Origin: Bacilli bacterium
GTDB taxonomy: Bacteria > Bacillota_I > Bacilli_A > RF39 > UBA660
Direction: 5' to 3'
Assembly (NCBI GenBank): GCA_017484205.1
Contig: JAFUTO010000002.1
Span: 16,334-80,333, forward strand
DNA length: 64,000 nt
The position numbers and the translations under genes were made by a program. This document shows, piece by piece, positions 43,401 through 50,000 of the stretch. The notes under the pieces are model-generated. The model had not been told where the DNA came from, made no database searches, and saw only the letters and a program-made list of their open reading frames with translations. How positions within the stretch are numbered: the stretch's first letter is position 1; each line of letters starts with the position of its first letter.

Positions 43401-46400
43401 ACATTGTAATAACAGGTGTTACTGAAGTTGATCCAAGTATTGTATTACCATCATTCAGATCAAAAACATTTGATTATACATTAGATGTTCCTTATGAAGT
43501 TGCTAAAATTGGATTTGATATTACTAAACGTCATCCATCTCAACAAATAAAGATTTACAATAATGATGTATTACAATCTGGTGATAGTTATGCTTTAACT
43601 GTTGGAGTTAATAACTTCAGAATTGAGGTAACTAATTCATTAGGTGAAGTAACTAACTATAATTATGTAATTACAAGAGCTACAAGTACAAATGCTAACT
43701 TGAAGGTATTAGGTTTAACTGATCCTGAGATAGTATTTGAAGGTTTCAATAAAGATCTTTTAGAGTATGATGCTCAAGTTCCATATGAGTATGAAAACGT
43801 TGTTATTAATGCGATTCCAGAAGAAGAAGGAGCTAGAGTTACTATTAATGGTGCAACTTACTTAGTTGCTGATGAAGAACGTACAGTAACTATTAAAGTA
43901 ACCGCACCTGATGGTAAGACAACAAAGACTTATAAGATCAATATTTTAAGAGAACCTGAAGTTAACAACTTACTTAAAACATTAACGTTATCTTCTGGTA
44001 GAATTCAAACATTAAATCCTAAATTTAGACCAGGTCATAATGACTATACATTAACTGTTTCTAGTACAACGGCAAATCTACAAGTAGATGCATTGCCTCA
44101 ACTTGAAACTACAGTGGTAACTGGTGATTTAGGACTTGTCCCAGTAGCAACAGGTGAAAATGTTATTAAGATATATTCAACTGCTACTTATGAAGGTAAA
44201 GAATATACTAGAACTTATACAATTAATGTTACTAGATCATCTGCTGATAATGCTTTATTAGAATCATTAGAAGTATTTAATGGTACAATGGTTGAACCTT
44301 TCGATAAGACTCGTGAAAACTATACTATTAATGTTGAAAATGATGTCACATCCCTAGATTTAAAATATAAACCTGAAGATGAAGCTGCAACTGTAACTAT
44401 TACAGGTAATGAAAATTTAGGATATGGTAATGAAAATTTAGTTACTATCAAAGTTAGATCTGCAAATGGTAATGTAGTTAAGAATTACTTCTTACATGTT
44501 GTTGTAAAAGGTGAATCTAACCCTTACTTAAAAGATTTACAAATAGATGGTGTTACCGTTGATAAATTTGATAAATATATTGAAGAATATAATATTACAG
44601 TTGAAAATGCTGTTAATGATATTGATGTTTTAGGTATTCCTGAAAGTGATAATTCAACAGTAATAAGTGGTAATGGTATGCATGCTCTTACTATTGGAGA
44701 AAATTCATTTGACATTACTGTTGAGGCTCAAGATGGTGAAACTAGAAAAACTTATACTATCAATGTAACAAGAGAAGAAAATGCTTATTTGATGGGTATT
44801 GTTACTGATAGGGGTGGAGCAATTACTGATTTTGATAAATCTACATATGAATATGAACTTACAGTAGAAAATGATATAGAAGATATTACTATTATAGGTT
44901 GGGCAAGTGATATGAACGCTGAAGTTACTGGTAATGGTAAATATTTACTAGATGTTGGTGACAATCCAATCTACTTAACAGTTAAAAATGGTACAACTAG
45001 AAAAGTTTATACTGTAAACGTAAAACGTAAAGGTTCATCAAATACTAATCTTCTATATTTAACAAGTACAGATGGTGACTTAGATCCGTTATTTAGTAAT
45101 GACATTGATAACTATGAGATGCATTTACCAAATTATAAGACTAAATTAGCTTTAGCTTATGCTCCTGAGCATAATGCAACTGTACAAGTAATAAATAATA
45201 ATTTAAGTGGCACAGAATCTACAGTACAATTATTAGTTACTGCAGAAGATGGAACTACAAGAACTATTAATATTAAAGTTTATTTAGAGGATGGTGGTTA
45301 CTTCAATAGTAGATTAGCATCATTATCAGTAGCGGAAGGAGCAATATCTCCAAAATTTGATCCGGACACTCATAGTTATACATTAACAGTTAATCAAGAT
45401 GTTGAAAAAATCCATATTACAGCAGTTCCTGAAGAAACAAATTCAGTAGTAACTGGTGATGGAGAAGTTGAAATTGAATTAGGTAGAAACGAACAACATG
45501 TTGTGGTTACTGCAGAAGACGGAACTACAACTACATACACATTAATAGTATTTAGAAAGGATATGGATAATGCTGATTTAACTGGACTTTATACTGATAT
45601 CGGTGAATTAAATCCAGAATTCAATCCTAAAATTTATGAATATGAGATTGATGTTCCTGAGGAAACAAGAAAAGTTCATTTAACAGCTGTTGCTTATTCT
45701 GAAAAAACTATTGAAGGTGATGGAGATGTGTACTTACAAAAAGGTACTACTATTAGAAATATTATTGTTACATCTGAATCTGGTATATCAAATACTTATG
45801 TAGTTAAGATTAATCGTGCTTTATCAACAAATCATGATATAATTAATATTACAGAAAGTACTGGCGAGATGTCACCTATATTTAATCAGTCTACATTAGA
45901 TTATGGTTTCAAAGTAGGGGATGTTAAACCTAACTTAGATAAAACTTATGTTGTTACAAATCATGTTGAATTTGATGTTACGACATATAGTGAGCTTGCT
46001 GAAGTTATATACGAAAAAGAAGTTACAAGTACAGATGAAGATGGTAATGAAGTAGTAGAGAGAGTTACATTACCTAACAACGATGTTAGTCTAGATTATG
46101 GTAATAATAAGATAATTATTTATGCTATGTCAGAAGATGGTAATACATCAGATGAATATGTATTTAATATTTATAGAATCCATGATTTAACTAATATTAC
46201 AGTACCTGGTGATGCAACTGGACCTAATATGGAAGATGGTTCACCTAACCATATAAGTGTTCAACCTGGTGGAACATTCGATTTGCTTGCTGAAATCGGA
46301 TATACTCCAGAAGATGCTGATTTTAAAGATTTAATCTTTAAATCAAATAATACATCATTTGTAACTGTAGATGCTAATGGTATTATTACAGCAGCTGATG

Positions 46401-46930
46401 TACTTGATAAATCTACGACAATAACTGTTACAAGTAAATATTATCCTAATATTGTTAAGACAGTTAATGTTACAGTAGAAATTACATTAATTACATCAGA
46501 AGTACACGATATTCAAAGAGAATCAACTAAATATGATCCATATATTACATTTATTGAATTAAAAACATCAATTCAAGATTTCTTAGATAACCTTGATAAT
46601 GATAATAGATTCTTACATGTATATGGATTAGATGGTGTTGAAATTAAAGATTATACTAAGTTCGTAGGAACTGGTATGAAGGTTACATTAGAAAATAATG
46701 GACACACTTATGATTCACTTGATATTGTTGTAAAAGGTGATATAGATGGCGATGGATATAGTATCGCAAATGATATAGCTAAAATTAAATCTCACATATT
46801 GAAAAAATCAACACTTGAAGGAGTTGAATTCCTTGCTGCTGATATAGATGATGATGGCTATGTTGTTGCGAATGACCAAGCAAAGGTTAAGAGCTATGTT
46901 TTAAAACGTATATCATCATATATAAATTAA
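25481..46930 (+). CDS. Giant (7149 aa) secreted dockerin-bearing surface protein: nine glycine-rich domains + >40 cadherin-like beta-sandwich domains + Big_2-like domain + C-terminal type-I dockerin
   Basis: Signal peptide; nine ~350-aa Gly-rich units (ELWGAxGG ... GGGATDVRL ... SRIMVAGGGGG ... GGGGGYYGG ... GGSSYISGY ... C..GTTDI.CSYHYSGY ... GNGYAKI), each followed by two cadherin-like domains (NxYL..L......L.P.F.....Y.V ...TYT(I/V).V.R); ~25 tandem cadherin-like domains at 39300-46200; Big_2-like (FVTVDANGIITAADV..KSTTITVTS); dockerin GDIDGDGYSIANDIAKIKSHIL.../ADIDDDGYVVANDQAKVKSYVL; one uninterrupted ORF. Confidence 0.8.
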   Translation: MKKYRGFLYVFLLLAMLMVPFNVAESNIQNKVLADEIIDSSKLSSLVVTGFENNLDPEFNSETTTYNLSLPSSIIDLDIETETISSGAEVSVSGNLYLKNNTGSITITVTNPNATAPTTYTINYTKESSSDTTEYTFTSTKDVQTFTTTKTGLYKFELWGAQGGHLRNTYNNGGGYTKGEIYLSSGTELYVYVGEAGAISTTGTFNGGGAGGIGSTNGFSGGGATDVRLIKGTNWNDADSLASRIMVAGGGGGASGNSNYDTAGGKSAAGGLISYTGGYYTEHQSEYVVDDVTYYIYGGAANQTSGGAGGINHYSATGDNESGSFGIGGNSNSTSGSRGSGGGGGGYYGGGAGGGTGESGYGQGGGGGTSYISGHAGSIAITAVDDLTPRNDSNNNICTDGTTDVKCSYHYSGYKFTNTVMIDGKGYNWTTEIGEQVGTPKTTGTGTYNGNRDDGYAKITLLSTTSDDNYLTNITSSDGTFTQTFDPLTSTYTLTLSAYTAKFTLDGTTSDPYASVQGFGEYSINLGETKRIDILVTSTSGNTKIYKVIATRSESELTTSSTKLKSLTFGGGTYTLDFEPLKYEYEIDVPLNTIDLSVEAVTFDEGASTKVSGNEYMKNSTGTIKVVVSKDGLEDTTYKIKYNKTLPDPDLSDLTQTFSYTGNYQTFTAPYSTEYRIELWGAEGGCYENNGCGQEGAYVAGTITLSRGTRLYVYVGQGLASINNAAFNATTSSTGGGNPGGGATDVRLIPGTWNDTYSLNSRIMVAGGGGSGQDGDWGGAAGGLIGYSSSRSGYTNTGGTQTGPGVGQENPTGCATGSFGIGSTCGATGGGGYYGGGGASHIYGSGSGGSSYISGHTGAVAITSEVDRTPKDGCTTGTTDIECSYHYSGYTFTDTTMIDGLGYNWTNEVGEYVGMPTWNGESTMTGNTGHGYAKIAVVSLSDDNYLTDISTNIGTWDKTFNPTTYVYNISLDKYEQKVTVSGVTSDKNAVISNLGEYKIKAGETKVVNLLVTAPSGKIKTYTLNITREALVEGEHNSKLAELEIEGIKLDPIFTSLTTEYNIMFSKNIYDLNITATPYDSDATVTITGDKYITDDYNAITIKVDAPSVESTTYKIYYTKLDYGTVMYEYGYTGEYETFVAPYYANYKIELWGAKGSYSSGNNGAYTSGNIYLTSGTTLYVYVGNKTDGMAGGWNGGGNAIRSDGFGGGGATDVRLTPTSSLTTWNEINSLTSRIMVAAGGGGAISWAGGAQGGYGGALVGGSGANRVSGGSANTPATGGTQTTGGTTVRNGSGAMYSTSNVGGFGYGASVTNGSGTNYGGGAGGGGYWGGASGNDYSGSLNSGAGGSSYISGYLGSVAVKSNTNYLPRLDSLGNICANGTTDIVCSYHYSGYVFTDGEMIAGNALMPNYTGTDRMTGNASNGFAKISIVDVESQNDYLDDLIFKKLDYSDDYLVDLGFEPTKNNYTVTLDEYTRAFELSGELGDENARVTGLGTYTIEPGESKDINIIVTAVDGNSRTYKVTVNRKTMEDHTALLKNLQVDKYNLNEAFYSKKYDYTVNIYDVEIDLVINASTFDSDAVVTVSGNTYINSNTGVVTVRVKHVGLEDEVYTITYTKVTPSMDNVTFNYTGEYQTWTAPFSAKYKIEAWGAAGGGGAINNHTSASSGGLGGYAEATFKILEGTNLYIYAGGKGSYGSGSSSYGGAVGGWNGGGNGGNSGSGSGGGATDVRMTPTSAKNVWNELNSLYSRIIVAGGAGGTDDSGGTYNGSNDGSGGSGSGLNGMGAWIDGTYYASYGGTQSNGYALGEGGSATTNTDTGGAGGGYYGGTVTNHSNGGAGAGSSYIKGYPGADTTYISYQDGAEYMEGSFKEAQNSGNGYVTISMLGIISDNIYLTDLTVTTDLITDSLIEETFDPQSGKYTAYLDKYSELFYVKGTLSDSNSKVTGLGEYRIEPGETKDIEVTVTAESGKTKTYTITVSRDDFEDGEHSTKLKSLYEETYSLRENFYSEKYDYRVNVYGNEIDTVWHYTTYDPEAQVTIEGDKYLKGHNVITFTVTLPEEYGVDPTVYEVVFTKVVTTEPSKNDYLKELKSSAGTLSPEYDVLNQTYKVTLSSTETGTRLTGKLDEGNAYATGLDKFYTVEPGQTRNVEIIVTSDYGTTRTYTVEIERASYDDSVASTKLKSLVISEYETDIDFQSEVYEYDIVLPKGEIDLTINAIPYDSDAIVAIQNDKHLVADEGTVTITVTKAGVEDTVYKINYTKYDEYSEDFDYTGEYQTFVAPYTGKYTFELWGAQGGTGYYSTQPTPGLGAYTKGTITLEKGTTLYIYVGGKGGNSANGSSIPTGGYNGGGNGTTDDSRGDSGGAGGGASDIRYYINTTGVWNNSKSLATRIMVAGGGGGSHSTNTTNNTEAMNAGALEVTGQISTWTTGWTPIVNQTTGNAFGYGITGESYIYCHAMAGGGGGYYGGVNFVDSSNCSGRASGGSSYISGYLGSVAITSINDTTPRLDSNEEQCISGTEDIECSYHYSGYIFTDTVMKSGNAEQPTHDGTSTQTGNSGNGYAKVSMELSQDAYLNNLETDYGVWNVNFNPLQLDYDLHLSEYEAYVNLTGELSNPNATVTGLDRMYELALGETKIVPVVVTAPNGDTKTYTITMHRDDYTDEHSSKLSLLNVIKYEEGYLDPKFTPINNNYTISIDSSEAEIYIDYETFDPTATVTVTGTGRIIGESGVIKVKVSASGVEDTTYTISYVLESIPEGTEFTFPFTGDVQEFIVPTTGYYQLEVWGAQGGGRDTTTFNNGQLGYGGAGGYSTGTIKLYKDQVLYVYVGGRGTPSNSGLAAGGFNGGGSSWASDSGDPAAGGGGATDIRTGLNDLYTRFIVAGGGGGGGEDAETGGIGGGINGGNGGSDCYGTQTTGRCGAIFGTGASTPYDGGGGGGGWYGGGTAGGSQTIPTGNSGSDTSGGSGGSGFVLTSETVSNTPNGYKLGEEWYLEDAKTVAGNGVMPTTDHFTIMYGKGGDGYAVITLLEKVSRDNYLVDLKSDYGTLTPTFGSDIENYTLSLDAYTPNFTLSGKASNAKATVTGFDTYSIEPGETKVINIVVTSTSGDTRTYKVTATRDNFTDTHSSLLSSLKINDGLEYELKPIFNSKVYEYNIKVYYNLADLDIVTDVYDDDAKVTITGNKHLSDSGVITITVNCEVAGETVYKINYTRDKSLEGYIPTDKDVVNTYDYTGNYQTFIAPDNGDYIIELWGAQGNYANRGRSYGGAGAYTYGIINLQKDQKLYVYVGENRTDRNASWNAGTTGGSGNDTANGGSTNGYGGGGATDIRLTPGSWNDLASLKSRIMVAAGGGGGSDYAYPANGGAAGALVGFDGANGKYPNVGIPNVPPTGATQTSGGKTSVISASGGTGANGGFGTGGNGNGDWGSGGGGGYFNGGGGGYTSNSVDSGAGGSSYISGYTGSIAIASADVTTPRNDQAGALCANGTTDITCSYHYSGKIFTNTVMLSGEDVIPSKTGTGTSVGNTGSGYAKIIQILKDEDNYLETLTSTYGTFDKTYDPLVTEYTLTLDQYDTSFTLEGTLSNDDATVTGLGYYEIEVGETKEIQIVVTAESGDTKTYTVTAIRNPFTDSHSTKLKSLRLLDNEGIASPYGLNEEFNSLKYNYTANLYYNVIDLTVNAVPYDPAATVEILDNLYLIDDDGRITVKVTAPDTDPTYYYIDYHKDEDVDVEDEYDYDYTGQYQTFIAPYTGKYLFQAWGAEGGTNGGKGAYTDGVIALDRDQLIYIYVGGRGATGCITATGGGWNGGGNPSATGCSSSGGGATDFRLIKASETKTVWNEITSLRSRIMVAAGAGAGESSVGGAGGTINGTTAYNGTYATQTSGSAFGYCPQPTYDASAGGGGYWGGTWPGRDAYHGGGGSSYISGYLGTVAVISKDDTSPRLDKNGNACTNESALNDITCSYHYSGLTFENSQMIAGNAIMPTIDGTDTMTGKSGNGYAKITPLFYSRDYYLTNITATSELGNTMFPVFDPLTDTYSVTIDKYDEWVTIDAELSDPTNSVVAGTGEYRLENPGDEKTVELVVTAQSGETKTYTVYVRRNEFDTHTTKLKDLDIIGSEDLIDPRFHSLNYEYDIILSSGVIDASIGYAKYDSEAIVTITTLEEKNKVVGDDIYYLKDDEGTIIITVTLPDEYVDPNNEDTQPTTYIIRYNKNLATGNDYSYTGKYQTWVAPTTGYYKFELWGASGGSAFGTYASSNVNYGGYTSGTMNLPSGTTLYVYVGSAGQGVGSGYAYGGWNGGGNNYTSCNTSTAGGGASDIRVVNTSELTIWNEFDSLKSRIMVAGAAGGRGGFGVGGSAGGLESYSGTYNSTGNGHRHSNQSAATQTSGGKSDNHSNAYGEGWPINTDGSFGYGGTGSGGGCMGSGGGGGYYGGAGAYNSGAGSGGSSYISGHNGSNSVAEESTVDNIIHTGSSEHYSGYVFTDTVMIDGQGYNWTNVKEEQVEMPNPSGGTYALGRGQDGNGYARITPLDEDNYLLSLTVTIDKKFKTDDFDNVEGAKFTPTFDKFTNTYTLELPDHVTDLTIGARPSSDTATIEGIGNHEVLAGENIYEVVVTAESGEERVYTIKVTRPASKESRALDISVTGFVETLCKPFESQGYCKLTPASYDPDNTDYYLKVPSGIRDLEWTATKMHEYQKITGAGITRLGPWLNLITIEVQAESCAYLSEGETCEDITDYTYHVTRDMTGDNYIDELIIYDPDIDIGFDYLLSEYSFRVENQYTELGMTVVLDDPNASYEIIGNENFEVGSNIVEIIVTAENGEKRTYVLNVYRLANSNKLLSELHVKNSGNEYTLTPPFEDIITSYALDVPNEIDNIDITATAAYNKTSISGTGNHTLKTGLNEIHVVTTAENGETETYTIVVNRAKSDNAYLKSLSAAEGNFNETYVKTNNNYTMTVNPYVKKLDITAIVEEENATYKITGNDNFKIGPNVVNIVVTAENGNRNTYTITVTKEGSEINTLKSLETNRGDLTPTFNPNTNNYTITVPNDITDITVAGEMTDILSKVTGFGTYRLTTGENIIAITVTSETGVPNTYTITVFREYNSNHYLASLTVNNGTLTPDFDKETSEYRVNVSNDVENIVITGIPEVSTTTVTGNGTKTLVPGENEFIITATAEDGSSKEYKVIVTRDKSSNANLDSLTIQESRINPTFNPMITSYTAKVLYDIEDVHVIAIPSDPEATVSVVGNTNLSVGDNTVTVTVTAPDGTEKEYEITVKRLSEEESPDLYLASLTVSSCTIDFNKKTYYYECVLNNEISEVEIEATPEDLGDTVLGTGTLNLSVGDNIRQVVVKNGGFERVYTIKVTRLKSTESRLKDLIVKDHTLDPEFNSDTLTYNLTTKEYELEFEFVKLHDGETIEVIGNDNLALGNNVITIRVTSEDGAHQTEYVLNVERTVRDDNYLSNLWVEDETISPEFNKLVNNYKVFVPYETTSVIIGAEAEDRNATVEGTGMKMVIPGPNTFTVRVKAEDNSVREYRITVTRAASPNNYLESLTIDGEVYTPEFNRETLTYTLTVPYETDTLNIEAIPEDEEATVLGDGVVSLKQGVNNIEIYVTAPNGNVRTYVVKVTRKDPITAKLLNIEVENYTLEPEFKPDDQLYQVTVDYETTKLNFIITKMDPYSTYEIVGNRNFKIGLNDVYINVTASNRVDTFQYHVVVNRQAYSNTFLSYLTVNQGELSPEFEKTTLTYNVEVPNNVASITLDGAPDYPLSTVTGLGDYTLNVGVNTIKVVVTSPSGIKRTYTVNVNRRKSSNANLESIKSNIGTLTKDDEYTYTLVVPKYTTNIGRANFTVTTEDPQATVSMPVTIDLTQTTAYPIRVTSPDGTRTKEYTVNVEFDLSHDATLASLIPSVGELNPKFDPKTNNYRIDLFDDEEEEYFDLYLNEVEATLLNRSLTYQLTELETTAEIMIQAEDGTINTYTILIAKSKTKEKYLDNIVITGVTEVDPSIVLPSFRSKTFDYTLDVPYEVAKIGFDITKRHPSQQIKIYNNDVLQSGDSYALTVGVNNFRIEVTNSLGEVTNYNYVITRATSTNANLKVLGLTDPEIVFEGFNKDLLEYDAQVPYEYENVVINAIPEEEGARVTINGATYLVADEERTVTIKVTAPDGKTTKTYKINILREPEVNNLLKTLTLSSGRIQTLNPKFRPGHNDYTLTVSSTTANLQVDALPQLETTVVTGDLGLVPVATGENVIKIYSTATYEGKEYTRTYTINVTRSSADNALLESLEVFNGTMVEPFDKTRENYTINVENDVTSLDLKYKPEDEAATVTITGNENLGYGNENLVTIKVRSANGNVVKNYFLHVVVKGESNPYLKDLQIDGVTVDKFDKYIEEYNITVENAVNDIDVLGIPESDNSTVISGNGMHALTIGENSFDITVEAQDGETRKTYTINVTREENAYLMGIVTDRGGAITDFDKSTYEYELTVENDIEDITIIGWASDMNAEVTGNGKYLLDVGDNPIYLTVKNGTTRKVYTVNVKRKGSSNTNLLYLTSTDGDLDPLFSNDIDNYEMHLPNYKTKLALAYAPEHNATVQVINNNLSGTESTVQLLVTAEDGTTRTINIKVYLEDGGYFNSRLASLSVAEGAISPKFDPDTHSYTLTVNQDVEKIHITAVPEETNSVVTGDGEVEIELGRNEQHVVVTAEDGTTTTYTLIVFRKDMDNADLTGLYTDIGELNPEFNPKIYEYEIDVPEETRKVHLTAVAYSEKTIEGDGDVYLQKGTTIRNIIVTSESGISNTYVVKINRALSTNHDIINITESTGEMSPIFNQSTLDYGFKVGDVKPNLDKTYVVTNHVEFDVTTYSELAEVIYEKEVTSTDEDGNEVVERVTLPNNDVSLDYGNNKIIIYAMSEDGNTSDEYVFNIYRIHDLTNITVPGDATGPNMEDGSPNHISVQPGGTFDLLAEIGYTPEDADFKDLIFKSNNTSFVTVDANGIITAADVLDKSTTITVTSKYYPNIVKTVNVTVEITLITSEVHDIQRESTKYDPYITFIELKTSIQDFLDNLDNDNRFLHVYGLDGVEIKDYTKFVGTGMKVTLENNGHTYDSLDIVVKGDIDGDGYSIANDIAKIKSHILKKSTLEGVEFLAADIDDDGYVVANDQAKVKSYVLKRISSYIN
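25900..46200 (+). repeat. Intragenic tandem domain repeats (nine ~1.4-1.9 kb Gly-rich units, then a ~265-bp-period cadherin-like array)
   Basis: Recurring nucleotide blocks such as ggtggagctactga(c/t)gttcgttta at 26145, 27702, 29103, 30645...; tggggtgc (ELWGA) at 25956, 27518, 28930, 30418, 32338, 33810, 35203, 36714, 38160. Confidence 0.8.
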
Positions 46931-46960
46931 GATATCACAAAAGTGATATCTTTTTTATTG
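46931..46960 (+). terminator. Rho-independent terminator of the giant gene
   Basis: gatatcac-aaaa-gtgatatc perfect hairpin followed by tttttt. Confidence 0.8.
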
Positions 46961-47023
46961 ATGCATAGCACAAAAAGTAAGGATTTGCAAGAAGAAAAAG
47001 TAAGATTTTTGACGAAAAATGTC

Positions 47024-47052
47024 TTGTAAATGTAAAGTGAATATGCTATAAT
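47024..47052 (+). promoter_or_regulatory. Promoter TTGTAA, 17-nt spacer, TGcTATAAT
   Basis: -35 at 47024-47029, extended -10 at 47044-47052; RBS gggagag upstream of the ATG at 47074. Confidence 0.5.
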
Positions 47053-47073
47053 TTATATAGTATGGGAGAGTAG

Positions 47074-50000
47074 ATGAAGATGCAAAGTAGTAAGTTTAAA
47101 GGAATTTTGTTATTTTTAGTAAGTTTTATGGTATTTACAATTGTACCAACGGTTGCTAAAGCTGCAACATACAATTTTAGTTTTAGCGCATACAATTGTG
47201 GTAATAGTACATATACAGAGGATGATATAATTGATAATTGTATTCTAGAATATTATGATGGCAATTTAGCAAAGCTAAATGATGGAGTCGTTGTAGATAC
47301 AGATAAATACATCATGCTAGTTTTGGAATACGAGTATACTAGCGGTACGGGTGCAGCAGTTTTATCAGTTGATACTTCATATGATAATACTTTTGTTGAA
47401 AATTTATCATTCACTCAAACAGCTATTGATGCGGATAACCCAATTTTTACAAGATCAATTGCTAGAAAATGGAATTCTTCAACAAGTGATACTGGTAGTT
47501 TAGTTGTATTAGCTTATGATTCAGACGATGAAACTTTGACTTATGATCCAGGTGCGATTGGATTTATGTTCTTCAAAGTAAAGGACACCGCACCAGCTGG
47601 TCAAACTTTTACGTTTGCTATATCTGATGATCCTGATGATACTCGTGTCAGTGATTCCACAGGTAATATACATATCGATTGGGCAGCTTCTCCAATATCT
47701 TTCAAGGTTGCTGGATCTGCAACTTCGACTGATACTTCTTTAAAAACTTTAAATGCTAAAGGAAGTAATGCAACTGATTATTCAATTTATATGGATAATG
47801 GTTATACAACTGAATTTAGTGCAGGAACATCAAATAGAACGTTCTATGCAGTAGTTCCATATGATGTTACTTCAATTACTTTAAATGGTGAAGTAACAGA
47901 TTCTGCTGCTCAATTTATTCCAGGAAATGGTACTACTTATAGTAGAAATCATAATTTAGATGTAGGAAATAATGAAATAACATTTAGAGTTACCGCACAA
48001 AGTGGTACTACTGAGGATTATTATATTAATGTCTATAGATTAAGTAATGATGCATCATTACAGACATTAACTACTTCAGGTAATGTTACATTGAATGGTT
48101 TTGCTTCAAATGTATATAGTTATGATATTTCAACTACTTATGCAACTGTTACAACAAATGTAACATCAAAACCTACTCATGAAAATGCTTTTGTTACAAA
48201 TAGTGAAGATGTATTATGGGATAAAAATACAAGTTCAGGTAGTTATACTCAAACTTTTGCTTTACCAGGTTTTGGTACTGATGTTAATACCAAAGTTGTC
48301 AAGGTACAAGCAGAAGATTGTTTAAGTGAATATGCAAGTGTTCCAGGTAATACTTGTCATACACAAGATTATACAATTAATGTTAGTAGATTAAATCCAT
48401 CTACAGATGCAACTTTAAAAGCATTAGCTGTTGATGGAACTTCAATATTTGTAGAAGGTACTACAGATTATGATCAAGGTTCACAACCATATTCTAAATC
48501 ATCAGCTGATATAACTGCTACAGCTAACGATTCAAAAGCTACAGTAGTTGCTTCAACTGTTGGAAATAAAACATTAAATGTTGGCGATAATACTATTACA
48601 GTTACGGTAGAAGCAGAGGATTGTAAGGTAATTACTGGTTCTAATCCAAGTGGTAGTTGTCATACACAAGATTATACAATTAAATTCTATAGAAGAAGTA
48701 ACAATGCTAATTTAAATACATTAGTTGTTACTGGAACAGGTGTATCTATGAATCCTGCATTTACGGATCATAGTTATGTTGGACCATATACTGTAAGTTA
48801 TCCATCAGGAGCAACATCTGTTAATGTCAAAGCAAGTGTTGAAGAAGAACATGCCACAATTAATATTACAGGTATCGAAGATGGTATTGACTATTCCAAT
48901 TTAAGTAATCAATTAAGCATAATTGTTACTGCAGAAGATGGTAATACTAAAACTTATGTATTAAGATTTAGTAAAGTATTATCTAGAGAGTCTAGACTTG
49001 ATAGTTTAACTGTTAGCGGTGTATCATTATCTCCATCACCATTTGATCCAGATACATATACATATTCTGGTAGTGTAGATGGTAATGTTGAAAAAGTAAC
49101 TATTGGTGCAACATTAAAAGATGCTGATAAATCAACATTTATGGAAGGCTATGGACCTAGAGAAGTTGAATTAAATTATGGTGATAATACATTCTATGTT
49201 AGAGTACAAGGTGAAGCAGATGATGCCACTAGTTCATATAATGTCACAATAACAAGAAATGAAAAAACAATTAAAACATTAAAAGAAATTTCAATTGATA
49301 GTGTACCTATTGATCCATTTGATCCAGACACAATTACTTATACTGTAGATCCAGTCGATTATTCAACAACTTCAGTTACAGTTAAAGCAGTTGTTACAGA
49401 AGGCAGTGATGCTACATATACAGTATTAAATCAATCAGGTGGTGTAGCCGTAGGTGGTGTTATTAACTTAAATACAGGTGATAATACTGTTACAATAAGA
49501 GTTAGAGCTCAAGATGGTTCTACTGGTGATTATACAGTAACTATACCAAGAGAAAAGAATAATGTTGCTACTGTAGATAGTGTAACCGTATTTGGTAATG
49601 CTGCTACATGTGATAACGATACAAGAAAATGTACTATTACAGTAACAAATGATCATTCATCAATCGCACCTACAGATGTGGTTGTAATTCCAACTGATTC
49701 TAGTGCTACAGTAACTAAACCTACAGATACAAGAAATTTAGTAGTATCTACTCCAAGTAATCCAAGAACTAATACTTATATCTTCAGTGTTAAAGCAGAA
49801 GATGGTGTTACTACAAAGGAATATGAATTAATTATTACAAGAGAAGCATCAGATGATGTATCTTTGAAAGAAGTATCAGTATTTACAAATGAAGGTCAAA
49901 CTTATAGATGTACAACATTTACTGGATTTGCATGTACAATTTCAGTACCAAGTACAACTACAGGTTATACACTTTCAGCTACACCTAATTCAGGCGCAGC

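Noticed and set aside
26370-44715. Numerous 60-123-aa ORFs on both strands inside the giant gene (e.g. 26370..26633, 29020..29211, 34074..34373, 38466..38837)
   Set aside because: They lie entirely within the 21-kb sense ORF and arise from its repetitive low-complexity (GGT/GTT-rich) codon composition. They have no RBS and their translations are low-complexity.
25900-46200. Regular ~265-bp and ~1.5-kb periodicities that could be mistaken for CRISPR or satellite arrays
   Set aside because: The periodicity is protein-domain repetition within one continuous ORF. There are no short identical direct repeats separated by unique spacers.
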